64,000 bases of DNA from Bradyrhizobium sp. (GTDB lineage Bacteria; Pseudomonadota; Alphaproteobacteria; Rhizobiales; Xanthobacteraceae): contig JBBCHO010000005.1 in NCBI GenBank assembly GCA_037201505.1, positions 65,048 to 129,047 of the forward strand. Reading direction: 5' to 3'. Made by a program: the position numbers and the translations under genes. Below, piece after piece: positions 31,637-42,661 of the stretch (within the stretch, counting starts at the first letter, position 1; each line of letters opens with the position of its first letter). The notes below the pieces were generated by a model that searched no databases, was not told the DNA's origin, and saw only the letters and a list, made by a program, of their open reading frames with translations.

Positions 31637-32992
31637 ATGAGCACTTCTCTCTCGCCCCTGCTCGCCCCCATGCTGTCGAGCGCCGCCATGCGCGCGGTTT
31701 GCGACGATATGGCGTACCTACAAAACATGCTCGATTTTGAAGCAGCCCTTGCGCGCGCCGAGGCGGCAGCGGGCGTGATTCCAGCCGGCGTCCCTGGCCC
31801 GATCACCAAAGCTTGCAAAGCCGCTGCGTTCGATCTGACCGCCCTGGCCGAGGCCGCGACGCGGTCCGGCAATCTTGCGATTCCCCTCGTCAAGGCGCTG
31901 ACCGCCGATGTCGCCAAGGCCGATGCCGAGGCCGCGCGTTACGTGCATTGGGGCGCCACCAGCCAGGATGTGATCGACACCGCCACCATGTTGACGCTGC
32001 GCGCCGGCATCGACGCGCTGCTGGCGGATATCGATCGCGGGATTGCGGGCTTTGCCGCCCTCGCACGGCAACATCGCAACACGCCGGTGGTGGCGCGCAC
32101 CTGGCTGCAGCATGCGCTGCCGATGCCGTTCGGCCTCAAGCTCGCCGAATATGCCGCCGCGCTGCATCGCTCGCGCGGGCGATTGCAGCGGCTGCGCCGC
32201 GAATCGTTGGTACTGCAGTTCGGCGGCGCCGCCGGCACGCTGGCCGCGCTCGGCGACAAGGGACTATCGGTCGCCGAAAAACTTACGCAGGAACTCACGC
32301 TGCCGTTGCCGGATGCGCCGTGGCATACCCACCGCGACCGCATCGCGGAAGCTGCCTCGGTGCTGGCAATTCTGGCGGGCACCTGCGGCAAGATCGCCCG
32401 TGACGTCCAATTGATGATGCAGACCGATGTCGCCGAGGCGTTCGAGCCATCGGGCGAAGGCCGCGGTGGCTCGTCCACCATGCCGCACAAGCGTAACCCC
32501 GTCGCCGCCGCTACCGCGCTCGGGGCAGCCATGATGGCGCCGAACCTGGCGGCAACAATTTTCGCGGCCCAGATCCAGGATCACGAGCGCAGCGCCGGGC
32601 CGTGGCATGCGGAATGGCCGACCTTGCCGAACCTGCTGCTGGTCACGTCCGGCGCGCTGGCCGGGATTGTCGATATCGCCGAAGGCCTCGAAGTCGACCC
32701 GGCGCGGATGCGCGTCAATCTCGACGCTACCAACGGATTGATCATGGCCGAAGCGGTCACGATGGCGCTGGCGGAGACTATCGGCAAAAGCGAAGCCCAT
32801 CATCTGGTCGAGGCCGCAAGCAAGCAGGCCGTCGTCGGAAAAACGAGCCTGCGCGACGTGCTGGCACTGGATTCGAAAGTCACGGCGCATCTGAGCGCCG
32901 AGCGACTGACGCAATTGTTCGAGCCGATGGCCTATCAGGGCGTCTCGCAAGCCCTGATCGACCGCCTGCTCGCCTCCCTCGACGACCAATAA
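31637..32992 (+). CDS. pcaB: 3-carboxy-cis,cis-muconate cycloisomerase
   Basis: VHWGATSQD, RTWLQHA, GGSSTMPHKRNP, HERS.G.WHAEW. Confidence 0.96.
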   Translation: MSTSLSPLLAPMLSSAAMRAVCDDMAYLQNMLDFEAALARAEAAAGVIPAGVPGPITKACKAAAFDLTALAEAATRSGNLAIPLVKALTADVAKADAEAARYVHWGATSQDVIDTATMLTLRAGIDALLADIDRGIAGFAALARQHRNTPVVARTWLQHALPMPFGLKLAEYAAALHRSRGRLQRLRRESLVLQFGGAAGTLAALGDKGLSVAEKLTQELTLPLPDAPWHTHRDRIAEAASVLAILAGTCGKIARDVQLMMQTDVAEAFEPSGEGRGGSSTMPHKRNPVAAATALGAAMMAPNLAATIFAAQIQDHERSAGPWHAEWPTLPNLLLVTSGALAGIVDIAEGLEVDPARMRVNLDATNGLIMAEAVTMALAETIGKSEAHHLVEAASKQAVVGKTSLRDVLALDSKVTAHLSAERLTQLFEPMAYQGVSQALIDRLLASLDDQ

Positions 32993-33013
32993 AAAGATAG
33001 AAGGAGAACTCCC

Positions 33014-33796
33014 ATGCCCATGGTCGACGCCGACGGTTGCCTGCTCAACGTATCCGTCGAAGGCCGCGACAGCGGTCCCACTTTGATGCTGTCGAATTCA
33101 CTAGGCTCGACCATGCAGATGTGGGAACCGCAGATGGCGGCGCTCAAGCAGATCTTTCGCGTGATCCGTTACGACCGGCGCGGCCACGGCAAATCGGGCG
33201 TACCACCGGGCCCCTATTCGATGGAGCGTTTCGGCCGCGATGTGCTGGCGATCCTCGACGATCTCAACATCGAGAAGACCCATTGGTGCGGGCTCTCGAT
33301 GGGCGGCATGGTCGGACAATGGCTGGGAGCAAATGCGCCGGAGCGCTTCGGCAAGCTCATTCTCGCCAACACCGCCTGCTACTACCCCGATCCGACCAAC
33401 TGGCTCAATCGTATCAAGGCGGTCAAGGAAGGCGGTCTGGCGTCGATCGCCGACACCGTGATGGCGGCGTGGCTGACCGCGGATTTCCGCGAGCGCGAAC
33501 CGCAGGTCACGGCGAACCTGAAGGCGATGATGATCGCGACCCCAGTTGAGGGTTATATCGCCTGCTGCGAAGCGCTGAGCACGCTCGATCAGCGCGACCT
33601 GTTGCCCAAAATCAAAAGCCCGACGCTGGTGATCGCCGGCCGTCACGACATGTCGACGCCCGTTGCGGCCGGCGAATACATCCGCAGCAACATCCCCGGC
33701 GCGGCTCTGACGATCCTCGACGCCGCGCATATTTCCAATGTCGAGCAGCCCCACGCCTTCACCGACGCCGTGGTCGGTTTCCTGACGCAACGTTAG
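33014..33796 (+). CDS. pcaD: 3-oxoadipate enol-lactonase
   Basis: LSNSLG, YDRRGHG, CGLSMGG, DAAHISNVE; lies between pcaB and pcaC. Confidence 0.95.
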   Translation: MPMVDADGCLLNVSVEGRDSGPTLMLSNSLGSTMQMWEPQMAALKQIFRVIRYDRRGHGKSGVPPGPYSMERFGRDVLAILDDLNIEKTHWCGLSMGGMVGQWLGANAPERFGKLILANTACYYPDPTNWLNRIKAVKEGGLASIADTVMAAWLTADFREREPQVTANLKAMMIATPVEGYIACCEALSTLDQRDLLPKIKSPTLVIAGRHDMSTPVAAGEYIRSNIPGAALTILDAAHISNVEQPHAFTDAVVGFLTQR

Positions 33797-33808
33797 ATCT
33801 GAACGAGA

Positions 33809-33950
33809 TCATTGCGTGGAGCGAAGCAATCCAGAGGTTGTCATTCCGGGGCGATGCGAAGCATCGAACCCGGAATCTCGAGATTCCGGGTCTGGTCCTT
33901 CGGACCATCCCGGAATGACCGGGCTTGGTAACTTCGTTCCTCGCAATGAC
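33809..33950. repeat. Nested REP-like elements (GTCATTCCGGG type inside a GTCATTGCGAG type)
   Basis: Outer tcattgcg..gaagcaatcc ... ctcgcaatgac; inner 33840-33919 gtcattccggg...cccggaatgac. Confidence 0.8.
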
Positions 33951-33964
33951 AGGGAGAAAAACCA

Positions 33965-34366
33965 ATGGACGACCAACAACGCCGCGACGACGGCATGGCC
34001 CAGCGCCGCAAGGTGCTCGGCGATGCCTGGGTCGACAAGTCGATCGCCAACAAGAATTCGTTCAACGGCGAATTCATCGACCTGATCACGCGCCATGCCT
34101 GGGGTGAGATCTGGACCCGGCCGCATTTCGATCATCGCACGCGGCGCGTGCTGGTGATCGGCACCATGGTCGCGCTCGGCCAATGGGACGAATTCCGCCT
34201 GCATGTCCGCGCGGCGCTGTCGGAAGGCGGCTTCACGCCTGACGATATCAGGGAAATCCTGCTGCAGCAGGCGATCTATTGCGGCGTGCCCGCGGCCAAC
34301 CACGCCGTCAAGGAAGCGTCAGCGATTATTGGAGAGCTCGGGCTGCTGAAGGGCAACCCGCTGTAG
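33965..34366 (+). CDS. pcaC: 4-carboxymuconolactone decarboxylase
   Basis: RRKVLGD.WV, AWGEIWTRP, EF.LHVRAA, AIYCGVPAAN. Confidence 0.93.
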   Translation: MDDQQRRDDGMAQRRKVLGDAWVDKSIANKNSFNGEFIDLITRHAWGEIWTRPHFDHRTRRVLVIGTMVALGQWDEFRLHVRAALSEGGFTPDDIREILLQQAIYCGVPAANHAVKEASAIIGELGLLKGNPL

Positions 34367-34897
34367 AGAGAGATCGCCCGATGCAGTGCTGGTGTCTTGG
34401 CTGGTATCGGGTTGAACAGGCCGCTCCATCAGCAGCACGATCGCGGTGCCGAGCAGCATCAGAAGTTCGGTCGCATGCAGCAGCATCGCGGCGGGCTCGC
34501 CGACCTGCGATGCCATGATCATGCTGGCAAAACTGATCATGCTGCCGATCGCCAGCGCCATCCCGAGCGCCTCATCGCAGCCGCCGGCCTTGCGGATCGA
34601 GGGGCGGGTAATGAAAACCAGGAAGATCGCGAAAAACGCCACGACCGTGAGCCGGCCCAACGCGAACAGCCATGCGAAGCGGATCGTGGTCGTCGCTGCC
34701 AGATGCAGATGGTCGCTGATGAACAATCCCACCGAAATATTCGGCCGCTCGTAAAGCCCATGGATCGGCGAAACCATGATCCGGAACGCGATAATGGTCC
34801 AGGTCGGGATGAAATAGGCCGCCAGCAGCGCCCCATTGAATGAACTGATCCGCCAATTGGTGGCGTTGAATGAGCTGATCCGCCAGGATGTGGACAT
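34319..34897 (-). CDS. Hypothetical membrane protein
   Basis: About 4 hydrophobic segments, GGGAAG before the ATG, coding-like codon usage. Confidence 0.75.
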   Translation of the reverse strand: MSTSWRISSFNATNWRISSFNGALLAAYFIPTWTIIAFRIMVSPIHGLYERPNISVGLFISDHLHLAATTTIRFAWLFALGRLTVVAFFAIFLVFITRPSIRKAGGCDEALGMALAIGSMISFASMIMASQVGEPAAMLLHATELLMLLGTAIVLLMERPVQPDTSQDTSTASGDLSLQRVALQQPELSNNR

Positions 34898-35116
34898 GTC
34901 GCTTCCCGCTTGTCCGCTGGCTCATCCGGGAGCCACGGCTTCTGCGGCGACGTAACGCGCTTAAACTGCGACGGGCAATTTAAACCCTTTGTTTACCTTA
35001 ATGGCCGCGCGCGGGGATGGCTTTGGTTCCAGTTGGGGAAACAGGCCGTGCGCTTGGCCGCACCAAAAAGCGCGGCCAAGCATGATCGATGTCGAGGACA
35101 AGATAGCCGCAGCGGC

Positions 35117-36160
35117 TTACACCGCCCCTCGCGCTTCGACATACATCGCATAGAGCGAGTGACAGCTGGCCATGAACAGGCGGTTCTTCTTAGGCCCCCC
35201 GAACACCAGATTGGGACAGCGCTCCGGCAGATGGATGAAGCCGATCGCTTTACCCGCGGGATTAAAGATCTTCACACCATCCAGTTCTTCCGGCTTGGCG
35301 GAAGGCGAGCCATTGCTGCCCCAGCCGCACCAAAGATTACCGTCGGTATCGAGCCGGAATCCGTCGAGCGCGCCGGGTCCCTCGGCGTCGATGAACTTGG
35401 TCTTGTTGGTCAGCGTCGCTCCATCAGCGCCCACATCAAACGACCAGATCAGGCGGTTGGGCTGCGCACGCGATTCAATGATGTAGAGCTTCTTTTCATC
35501 CGGCGAGAACGCCAGCCCGTTCGGGCCTTGAAGTTCCGCGGTGACAAGTCCGAGCTTGCCGTCGGGCGCGATGCGATACACCGAATGCGGCAATTCGGGT
35601 GTCGCCTTGTCGCCTTCCCATTCGCCGGAAATGCCGAACGGCGGGTCGGTGAACCAGATCGAGCCGTCGGACTTGCAGACGATATCGTTGGGCGAGTTGA
35701 GGCGCTTACCATTGAAGCTGTCGGCCAGCACGGTGATGGTGCCGTCATACTCGGTGCGCGTCACGCGGCGGGTCAGATGTTCGCAGGTGATCAGGCGGCC
35801 CTGGCGGTCGCGCGCATTGCCGTTGGCGAAATTGGACGGCTGCCGAAAAACACCGAATCGGCCGGTGACTTCGTCATAGCGCATGATGCGGTTGTTCGGG
35901 ATGTCGCTGACCAGCACGTAACGGCCGTCCCCGAACCATACCGGGCCCTCGGCCCATCGCATCCCGGTCCCGACCTGTTCGAGGGTGCTGCTAAACAGGC
36001 GATATTTGGCGAAGCTGGGGTCGAGAATCTCGACAGCGGCGTCGGGGTAGCGCTGGTTCGGCTTGAAATCGAAAGACTGGGCACTGGCGCGCTGCGGCAA
36101 AGCCAAAGCAGTCGCAGCAGCCCCTGCGGTCGTGATTACACCCCGGCGGGTCATGTTCAT
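35117..36160 (-). CDS. SMP-30/gluconolactonase/LRE family protein, Tat-exported
   Basis: TRRGVI leader, WAEGPVW, SDIPNNR, LNSPND, PNGLAFSPDE, DGFRLD..GNLW. Confidence 0.93.
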   Translation of the reverse strand: MNMTRRGVITTAGAAATALALPQRASAQSFDFKPNQRYPDAAVEILDPSFAKYRLFSSTLEQVGTGMRWAEGPVWFGDGRYVLVSDIPNNRIMRYDEVTGRFGVFRQPSNFANGNARDRQGRLITCEHLTRRVTRTEYDGTITVLADSFNGKRLNSPNDIVCKSDGSIWFTDPPFGISGEWEGDKATPELPHSVYRIAPDGKLGLVTAELQGPNGLAFSPDEKKLYIIESRAQPNRLIWSFDVGADGATLTNKTKFIDAEGPGALDGFRLDTDGNLWCGWGSNGSPSAKPEELDGVKIFNPAGKAIGFIHLPERCPNLVFGGPKKNRLFMASCHSLYAMYVEARGAV

Positions 36161-36363
36161 CGGCGTTTCTCCCTGATATCGCGCGGTCGTTACGCCTCGA
36201 CGGTGGAATCCATCGAACAGGCGTTGCCGCTTGGCCGGGACCGTAGTTGAGGTTCCCGTTCAGGTCCAGATTGCGAAAGCGCGCAGCCGATCCACCGGAA
36301 TGCCGGGGAGTTTGTTAATTAAGCTCCTGAAAGAAAACAACAAAGGAAGAATCGGCGGGATTC

Positions 36364-36397
36364 AAAAGATAAAGTCCCGCCTTTCGGCGGGACCTTT
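36364..36397 (-). terminator. Intrinsic terminator
   Basis: Hairpin gtcccgcc-tttc-ggcgggac with an A-rich left flank. Confidence 0.75.
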
Positions 36398-36424
36398 CTG
36401 ATTTACATAATCGAGGGGTCAGAA

Positions 36425-36580
36425 CTAGCGGCCGCCCTTGCCCTGCTGATTGGGATTCTGGGGCTGGCGGTTCGGATCCTGCTGCTGCTGTCCGGGCTTC
36501 TGCCCACCGCCCTGCTGTTGACCGGGCTTCTGGCCCGGATTCTGGTTCTGCTGGCCGGGATTCTGGTTCTGATTGGACAT
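36425..36580 (-). CDS. 51-aa Q/N/P/G-rich hydrophilic small protein
   Basis: MSNQNQNPGQQNQNPGQKPGQQQGGGQKPGQQQQDPNRQPQNPNQQGKGGR; AAGGGAG RBS; its own promoter and terminator. Confidence 0.8.
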   Translation of the reverse strand: MSNQNQNPGQQNQNPGQKPGQQQGGGQKPGQQQQDPNRQPQNPNQQGKGGR

Positions 36581-36612
36581 CGGGATCTCCCTTGTTGAAT
36601 GTCGCGCAGGTA

Positions 36613-36637
36613 AACTGCCCAATCGGGGATTGGTTGC
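36613..36637 (-). promoter_or_regulatory. Sigma-EcfG-like promoter
   Basis: GCAAC-N17-GTT (consensus GGAAC-N17-GTT) ~32 bp upstream of the small ORF. Confidence 0.55.
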
Positions 36638-36853
36638 ATGGAAATTGGGGTTCCAATGGAATGCTGGCACGGCCGGAGATTACGGCTGCGGAACCAGCCC
36701 TCGGAACTAGCTATGTACAAGCCCTTGCAGCACCACCCCACGCTGTTGCCGCCCCCGGTTCCCGCTGTTAGAAAATCAGACGACGCGTCGTTCCGGCTGC
36801 CGGAGCCATCGCCGCGTAATTGTTGAAGCGCGTACTCCAGACAACGGCAGCGC

Positions 36854-37771
36854 ATGGACTATTTCGCCCAGCAACTGATCAACGGCATCGTCCTTGGCTC
36901 GATCTACGGCCTGATCGCCATCGGCTACACCATGGTCTACGGCATCGTCGGCATGATCAATTTCGCCCATGGCGATATTTTCATGATCGGCGGCTTCATC
37001 GCGCTGATCACATTCCTGCTGCTGGTTTCGCTCGGGCTCACCGCTATTCCGGTGATCCTGCTGATCGTGCTGCTGGTGTCGATGGCGATCACGGCCTTAT
37101 ATGGCTGGACCATCGAGCGCATCGCCTATCGGCCGCTGCGGCACTCGTTCCGCCTTGCCCCGATGCTCTCGGCGATCGGCATGTCGTTTGTGCTGATCAA
37201 CTACTCGCAGATCGCGCAAGGTGCCCGCGTGAAACCAGTGCCGCCGATCATCACCGGCGGCTACACGCTGCATGAAGGCAGCGAAGGCTTTGTCGTGCGG
37301 TTGTCCAATGTGCAGATCATCGTCGTCGTCACCACCATCGTGCTGCTGGCAATCTTCACCTGGCTGGTGTCGCGGACCCGGCTTGGGCGCGACATGCGCG
37401 CCTGCGAGCAGGACCAGACCATGGCCGCGCTGCTCGGCGTCGATGTCGACCGCACCATCTCGATGACGTTCGTGATCGGCGCAGCACTCGCCGCCGTCGC
37501 GGGGATGATGTACCTGTTGTATTACGGCCTGGTCGATTTCTTCATGGGCTTCGTCGCCGGCATCAAGGCGTTCACCGCCGCCGTGCTCGGCGGCATCGGC
37601 TCCCTGCCCGGCGCGATGCTGGGCGGGCTGTTGATCGGGCTGATCGAGACGATGTGGTCGGCCTATTTCTCCGTCGAATACAAGGACGTCGCGGCGTTCT
37701 CGATCCTGATCGTCGTGTTGATTTTCCTGCCCACAGGCCTGCTCGGCCGGCCCGAAGTTGAAAAAGTTTGA
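36854..37771 (+). CDS. livH: Branched-chain amino acid ABC transporter permease
   Basis: QQLING..LGSIYGLIAIGYTMVYGI..MINFAHG; KAFTAAVLGGIGS. Confidence 0.96.
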   Translation: MDYFAQQLINGIVLGSIYGLIAIGYTMVYGIVGMINFAHGDIFMIGGFIALITFLLLVSLGLTAIPVILLIVLLVSMAITALYGWTIERIAYRPLRHSFRLAPMLSAIGMSFVLINYSQIAQGARVKPVPPIITGGYTLHEGSEGFVVRLSNVQIIVVVTTIVLLAIFTWLVSRTRLGRDMRACEQDQTMAALLGVDVDRTISMTFVIGAALAAVAGMMYLLYYGLVDFFMGFVAGIKAFTAAVLGGIGSLPGAMLGGLLIGLIETMWSAYFSVEYKDVAAFSILIVVLIFLPTGLLGRPEVEKV

Positions 37772-39108
37772 CGGACGAGCGCGTGACAGCACCCGCAAGC
37801 CAACCGACGTCATTTTCTCGCGCGCCCGGCATCGCCTTCATCTTCAAGAAAGCCCTGATCAGCGCGCTGGTGGCGCTGGTGCTGTTCTCGCTGATGATCG
37901 GCATCCGCACCGAAGCCGGGCCCACGGGTCAGTTGATCTTCTGGACCAGGTTCGGCGATCTCGCTTCCATGGTCGCCATTGTATTTGGCGGCAGTATCGT
38001 TGTCGAATTGCTGCGGCAGTGGTGGGGGCCGGTCGACACGATCAGGATCGTGCCACCATCGGCGCAAAACGTGCTGGCGATCGGGCGGCGCGCCATCGCG
38101 CCGGTGCTGTTGATCTTCACGTTCCTCGTGCCGGTGATCTTCTACGACCAGCGCTACATCCTCGATCTCGGCATCCTCGTGCTGACCTATGTGATGCTGG
38201 GCTGGGGGCTGAACGTGGTGGTCGGACTCGCCGGGCTGCTCGACCTCGGCTATGTCGCGTTCTACGCCGTCGGCGCCTATTCCTACGCGCTGCTGTCGAC
38301 CTATTTTGGCCTATCATTCTGGGTCTGCCTGCCGCTGGCCGGTATTCTCGCGGCGTTCTGGGGCGTGCTGCTGGGATTTCCGGTGCTGCGGCTGCGCGGC
38401 GACTATCTCGCGATCGTGACGCTGGCGTTCGGCGAGATCATCCGGCTTGTCATCATCAATTGGCAAAGCCTGACCGGAGGCCCCAACGGCGTGTCAGGCA
38501 TCCCGCGGCCGAGTTTTTTCGGCATCCCGCTAACCCCTGGCGATGACGGCCTCGCGGCGAGGCTCGGCATCGAGTTCTCGCCGACCCATCGCATCGTGTT
38601 TCTGTTTTACCTGATCCTGGCGCTCGCGCTGCTCACCAACTGGGTGACAATCCGGCTGCGGCGCCTGCCGATCGGCCGCGCCTGGGAAGCGCTGCGCGAG
38701 GACGAAGTGGCCTGCCGCGCGCTCGGCATCAACACCACCACGACCAAACTGACCGCATTCGCGACCGGCGCGATGTTCGGCGGTTTCGCCGGCGCGTTCT
38801 TTGCGACACGACAGGGGTTCATCAGCCCGGAATCCTTCACCTTCCAGGAATCGGCGCTGGTGCTCGCTATCGTCGTGCTCGGCGGCATGGGGTCGCAGCT
38901 CGGCGTCGCCCTCGCCGCGCTGGCGATGATCGGCGGCTTCGAGCTGTTTCGCGGCTTCGACCAGTACCGCATGCTGGTGTTCGGCGTCGCGATGGTGCTG
39001 CTGATGATCTGGCGGCCGCGCGGGTTGATCGGCCACCGCGCCCCGACTGTCTTTCTCGAGCGCAATCAGGCCATCTCCTCCGAGCTTACGAGCGAAGGCA
39101 GGGGATGA
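37768..39108 (+). CDS. livM: Branched-chain amino acid ABC transporter permease
   Basis: GLNVVVGLAGLLDLGYVAFY, LRLRGDYLAIVTL.FGEIIR. Confidence 0.96.
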   Translation: MTDERVTAPASQPTSFSRAPGIAFIFKKALISALVALVLFSLMIGIRTEAGPTGQLIFWTRFGDLASMVAIVFGGSIVVELLRQWWGPVDTIRIVPPSAQNVLAIGRRAIAPVLLIFTFLVPVIFYDQRYILDLGILVLTYVMLGWGLNVVVGLAGLLDLGYVAFYAVGAYSYALLSTYFGLSFWVCLPLAGILAAFWGVLLGFPVLRLRGDYLAIVTLAFGEIIRLVIINWQSLTGGPNGVSGIPRPSFFGIPLTPGDDGLAARLGIEFSPTHRIVFLFYLILALALLTNWVTIRLRRLPIGRAWEALREDEVACRALGINTTTTKLTAFATGAMFGGFAGAFFATRQGFISPESFTFQESALVLAIVVLGGMGSQLGVALAALAMIGGFELFRGFDQYRMLVFGVAMVLLMIWRPRGLIGHRAPTVFLERNQAISSELTSEGRG

Positions 39109-39115
39109 GCCGCCG

Positions 39116-39945
39116 ATGAGCGACCAACACATTCTCAGTGTCGATCATCTGTCGATGCGCTTTGGCGGCGTCGTCGCGGTCAACGATCTGTCGTTCACCG
39201 CCGAGCGGCGCAAGATCACCGCGCTGATCGGGCCGAACGGCGCCGGCAAGACCACTGTGTTCAATTGCATCACGGGCTTCTACAAGCCGACATCAGGCTC
39301 GATGCGGCTGACCCATGATGATGGCCGCATGATCCAACTCGAGCGGCTGAACGATTTTCGGATATCCAAGCAGGCTAAGGTCGCGCGCACCTTTCAAAAC
39401 ATCAGGCTGTTTCCCGGCATGACCGCGCTGGAAAACCTGATGGTGGCGCAGCACAATGCGCTGATGCGCGCCTCGGGCCTGACCTTTCTCGGGCTGATCG
39501 GCGCACCGTCCTGGCGCGCGGCCGAAAAGGACGCCATCGCGCTGGCCACGCAATGGCTCGACCGCATCGGCTTGCTTGAGCGCGCCGATGACGCCGCCGG
39601 CAACTTGCCTTACGGCGATCAGCGCCGGCTCGAAATCGCGCGCGCGATGTGCACCGAACCGGCGTTGCTGTGCCTCGACGAGCCGGCCGCCGGACTGAAC
39701 GCACGCGAAAGCGCCGCGCTCAGCGAACTATTGCTCTCGATTCGATCAGAGCAAGGCACTTCGATCCTGCTGATCGAGCATGACATGTCGGTGGTGATGG
39801 AAATCTCCGACCATATCGTCGTGATGGATTATGGCGTGAAGATCGCCGAGGGCGCGCCGAAGGATATCAGCGACAATCCCCGGGTGATCGCAGCCTATCT
39901 CGGCGCCGATGAGGAAGAAGCGGTCGCGGTGATGGAGAGCGGAAC

Positions 39946-39949
<4 letters not shown>
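39116..39949 (+). CDS. livG: Branched-chain amino acid ABC transporter ATPase
   Basis: GPNGAGKTT.FNC, ARTFQNIRLF, LPYGDQRRLEIARA. Confidence 0.96.
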
Positions 39950-40692
<743 letters not shown>

Positions 40693-40879
40693 CCGTAGCG
40701 GCGCCCGGCGTCTCGGCTTGCGCCGGGACCACAGCAGTTGCACCCGAACCACAATCTCCGTGGGTTTGCCCGAAATTTGCCGATGACTTCGCGGCAAAAT
40801 CAGCCGACAATGGTCCCGATTTTCGAGCCCGGCGGCCTGCCGGGTCCTTCCCGTAGCGACCTACCCGCGAGGACTCCTC

Positions 40880-41998
40880 ATGAAATCACTAAAGCTCATC
40901 GGCCTGGCACTGGGCACGTCGCTGGCGCTGTCGACGGCAGCACTTGCGCAGGACATCACCGTTGGAGTTGCAGGCCCGATGACGGGCGGCGAATCCGCGT
41001 TCGGCCGGCAGCTCAAGAACGGCGCCGAACAGGCGGTCAAGGATCTCAACGCCAGCGGCGGCCTGCTTGGCAAGAAGCTTGCGCTGGAAGTCGGCGACGA
41101 TGCCTGCGATCCCAAGCAGGCGCGCTCGGTGGCGGAGAAATTCGCCAGCGCGAAAGTCCCGTTCGTCGCCGGCCACTACTGCTCGTCGTCGTCGATCCCG
41201 GCGTCGGAAGCCTATGCAGACGGTAACGTCCTGCAGATCACGCCCGCCTCGACCAATCCGCTGTTCACCGAGCGCAAACTCTGGAATGTCGCCCGCGTCT
41301 GCGGTCGCGACGATCAGCAGGGCCTGGTCGCCGCCGAGTACATCGCGAAGAACTATAAAGGCAAGAACGTCGCTATCCTCAACGACAAGACCACCTACGG
41401 CAAAGGTCTCGCCGACGAAACCAAGAAGGCGCTCAACAAGGCCGGCTTTACCGAAAAGATGTTCGAGTCCTACAACAAGGGCGACAAGGACTTCACCGCG
41501 ATCGTCTCGCGCATGAAGCGCGACAATATCGATCTGGTTTATGTCGGCGGCTACCACCAGGAGTCCGGATTGATCGTGCGTCAGATGCGCGATCAGGGTC
41601 TCCAGACCGTCCTGATGGCTGGCGACGCGCTGGCTGACAAGGAATTCGCCTCGATCACCGGACCGGCCGCCGAAGGCACGCTGTTCACCTTCGGTCCCGA
41701 TCCGCGCAACAAGCCGACCGCAAAAGCCATCGTCGAGAAGTTCAAGGCCGCCAGCATCGATCCCGAAGGCTACACGCTCTACACCTACGCCGCGATGCAG
41801 GTCTGGTCGCAGGCCGTGACGAAGGCCGGCACGACCGATCCCAAGAAGGTGATGGACACGATCAAGGCCGGCGCGTGGGATACGGTGATCGGCAAGATGG
41901 AGTTCGATGCCAAGGGCGACATCAAGCAGATCGACTATGTCGTCTACAAATGGGATTCCAAGGGCAACTACGTCGAGATCAATCCGAAGGGATCATAA
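40880..41998 (+). CDS. livK: Branched-chain amino acid ABC transporter substrate-binding protein (LivK/LivJ)
   Basis: Signal peptide, DDACDPKQA, GHYCSSSSIPAS, TPASTNP, DKTTYGKGLA. Confidence 0.93.
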   Translation: MKSLKLIGLALGTSLALSTAALAQDITVGVAGPMTGGESAFGRQLKNGAEQAVKDLNASGGLLGKKLALEVGDDACDPKQARSVAEKFASAKVPFVAGHYCSSSSIPASEAYADGNVLQITPASTNPLFTERKLWNVARVCGRDDQQGLVAAEYIAKNYKGKNVAILNDKTTYGKGLADETKKALNKAGFTEKMFESYNKGDKDFTAIVSRMKRDNIDLVYVGGYHQESGLIVRQMRDQGLQTVLMAGDALADKEFASITGPAAEGTLFTFGPDPRNKPTAKAIVEKFKAASIDPEGYTLYTYAAMQVWSQAVTKAGTTDPKKVMDTIKAGAWDTVIGKMEFDAKGDIKQIDYVVYKWDSKGNYVEINPKGS

Positions 41999-42033
41999 AC
42001 CCGCAAGACTGATCCGATTATCTCTGCCGTTTC

Positions 42034-42059
42034 AACGCCCCGGTTCGCCGGGGCGTTTT
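42034..42059 (+). terminator. Intrinsic terminator
   Basis: aacgccccgg-ttcg-ccggggcgtt followed by T's. Confidence 0.85.
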
Positions 42060-42123
42060 GCGTTTGGCTCAAGAGTAAAGGGCTGGCGTGGCGTCGGTGC
42101 GAAACTGCCCGGCGGCATCCGGG

Positions 42124-42543
42124 TCAGCGCGCCGTTCCCGCGGCGAGTTTGCCGGCCGCAACGTCCGATGCGCGGGGCCTGGTCGCCACTTCGACCGCAA
42201 GCGCAAGTTGCGCGGGACGAAACGGCTTCTGCAGACACACGACATTGGCGAGTTCGGGCGTCTCGTTGACAAAGTCGAGCATCGTCATGCCGGAGATCGC
42301 GACGATCGGAAAATCCGGAATGCGCTCGCGCATCTTCAGGATGATTTCGAAACCGTTGGTTCCCTGCAGGAAGATATCGACGATCGCCAGGTCGAATTTG
42401 GAACTTTCGAATTCCTGCAGGCCTGCGGCGGCGCTTGCGGCTTCAACCGCCTCGAAATGATTGATCCGCAGCACGATGGCGACCATCGTACGTACGTCCG
42501 GCTGATCATCGATGACGAGGACGCGGGGCAAAGAATGGCTCAT
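42124..42543 (-). CDS. Single-domain response regulator (receiver)
   Basis: VLVIDD, AIVDIFL, AISG, LQKPF. Confidence 0.9.
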   Translation of the reverse strand: MSHSLPRVLVIDDQPDVRTMVAIVLRINHFEAVEAASAAAGLQEFESSKFDLAIVDIFLQGTNGFEIILKMRERIPDFPIVAISGMTMLDFVNETPELANVVCLQKPFRPAQLALAVEVATRPRASDVAAGKLAAGTAR

Positions 42544-42661
42544 CACATGGTTCCAGTCAGCGTACAGTCAAATCCAGGATTTGAGAGCGGACCCTTGGTC
42601 ACTATTCCCCGTCGCAGTAAAAATGAGGTTACTTCGTTTGCAGCTCTGGCCTATGAGCGCA

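Noticed and set aside
34910-36250. 446-aa plus-strand ORF
   Set aside because: Antisense shadow of the gluconolactonase gene, as expected in high-GC DNA.
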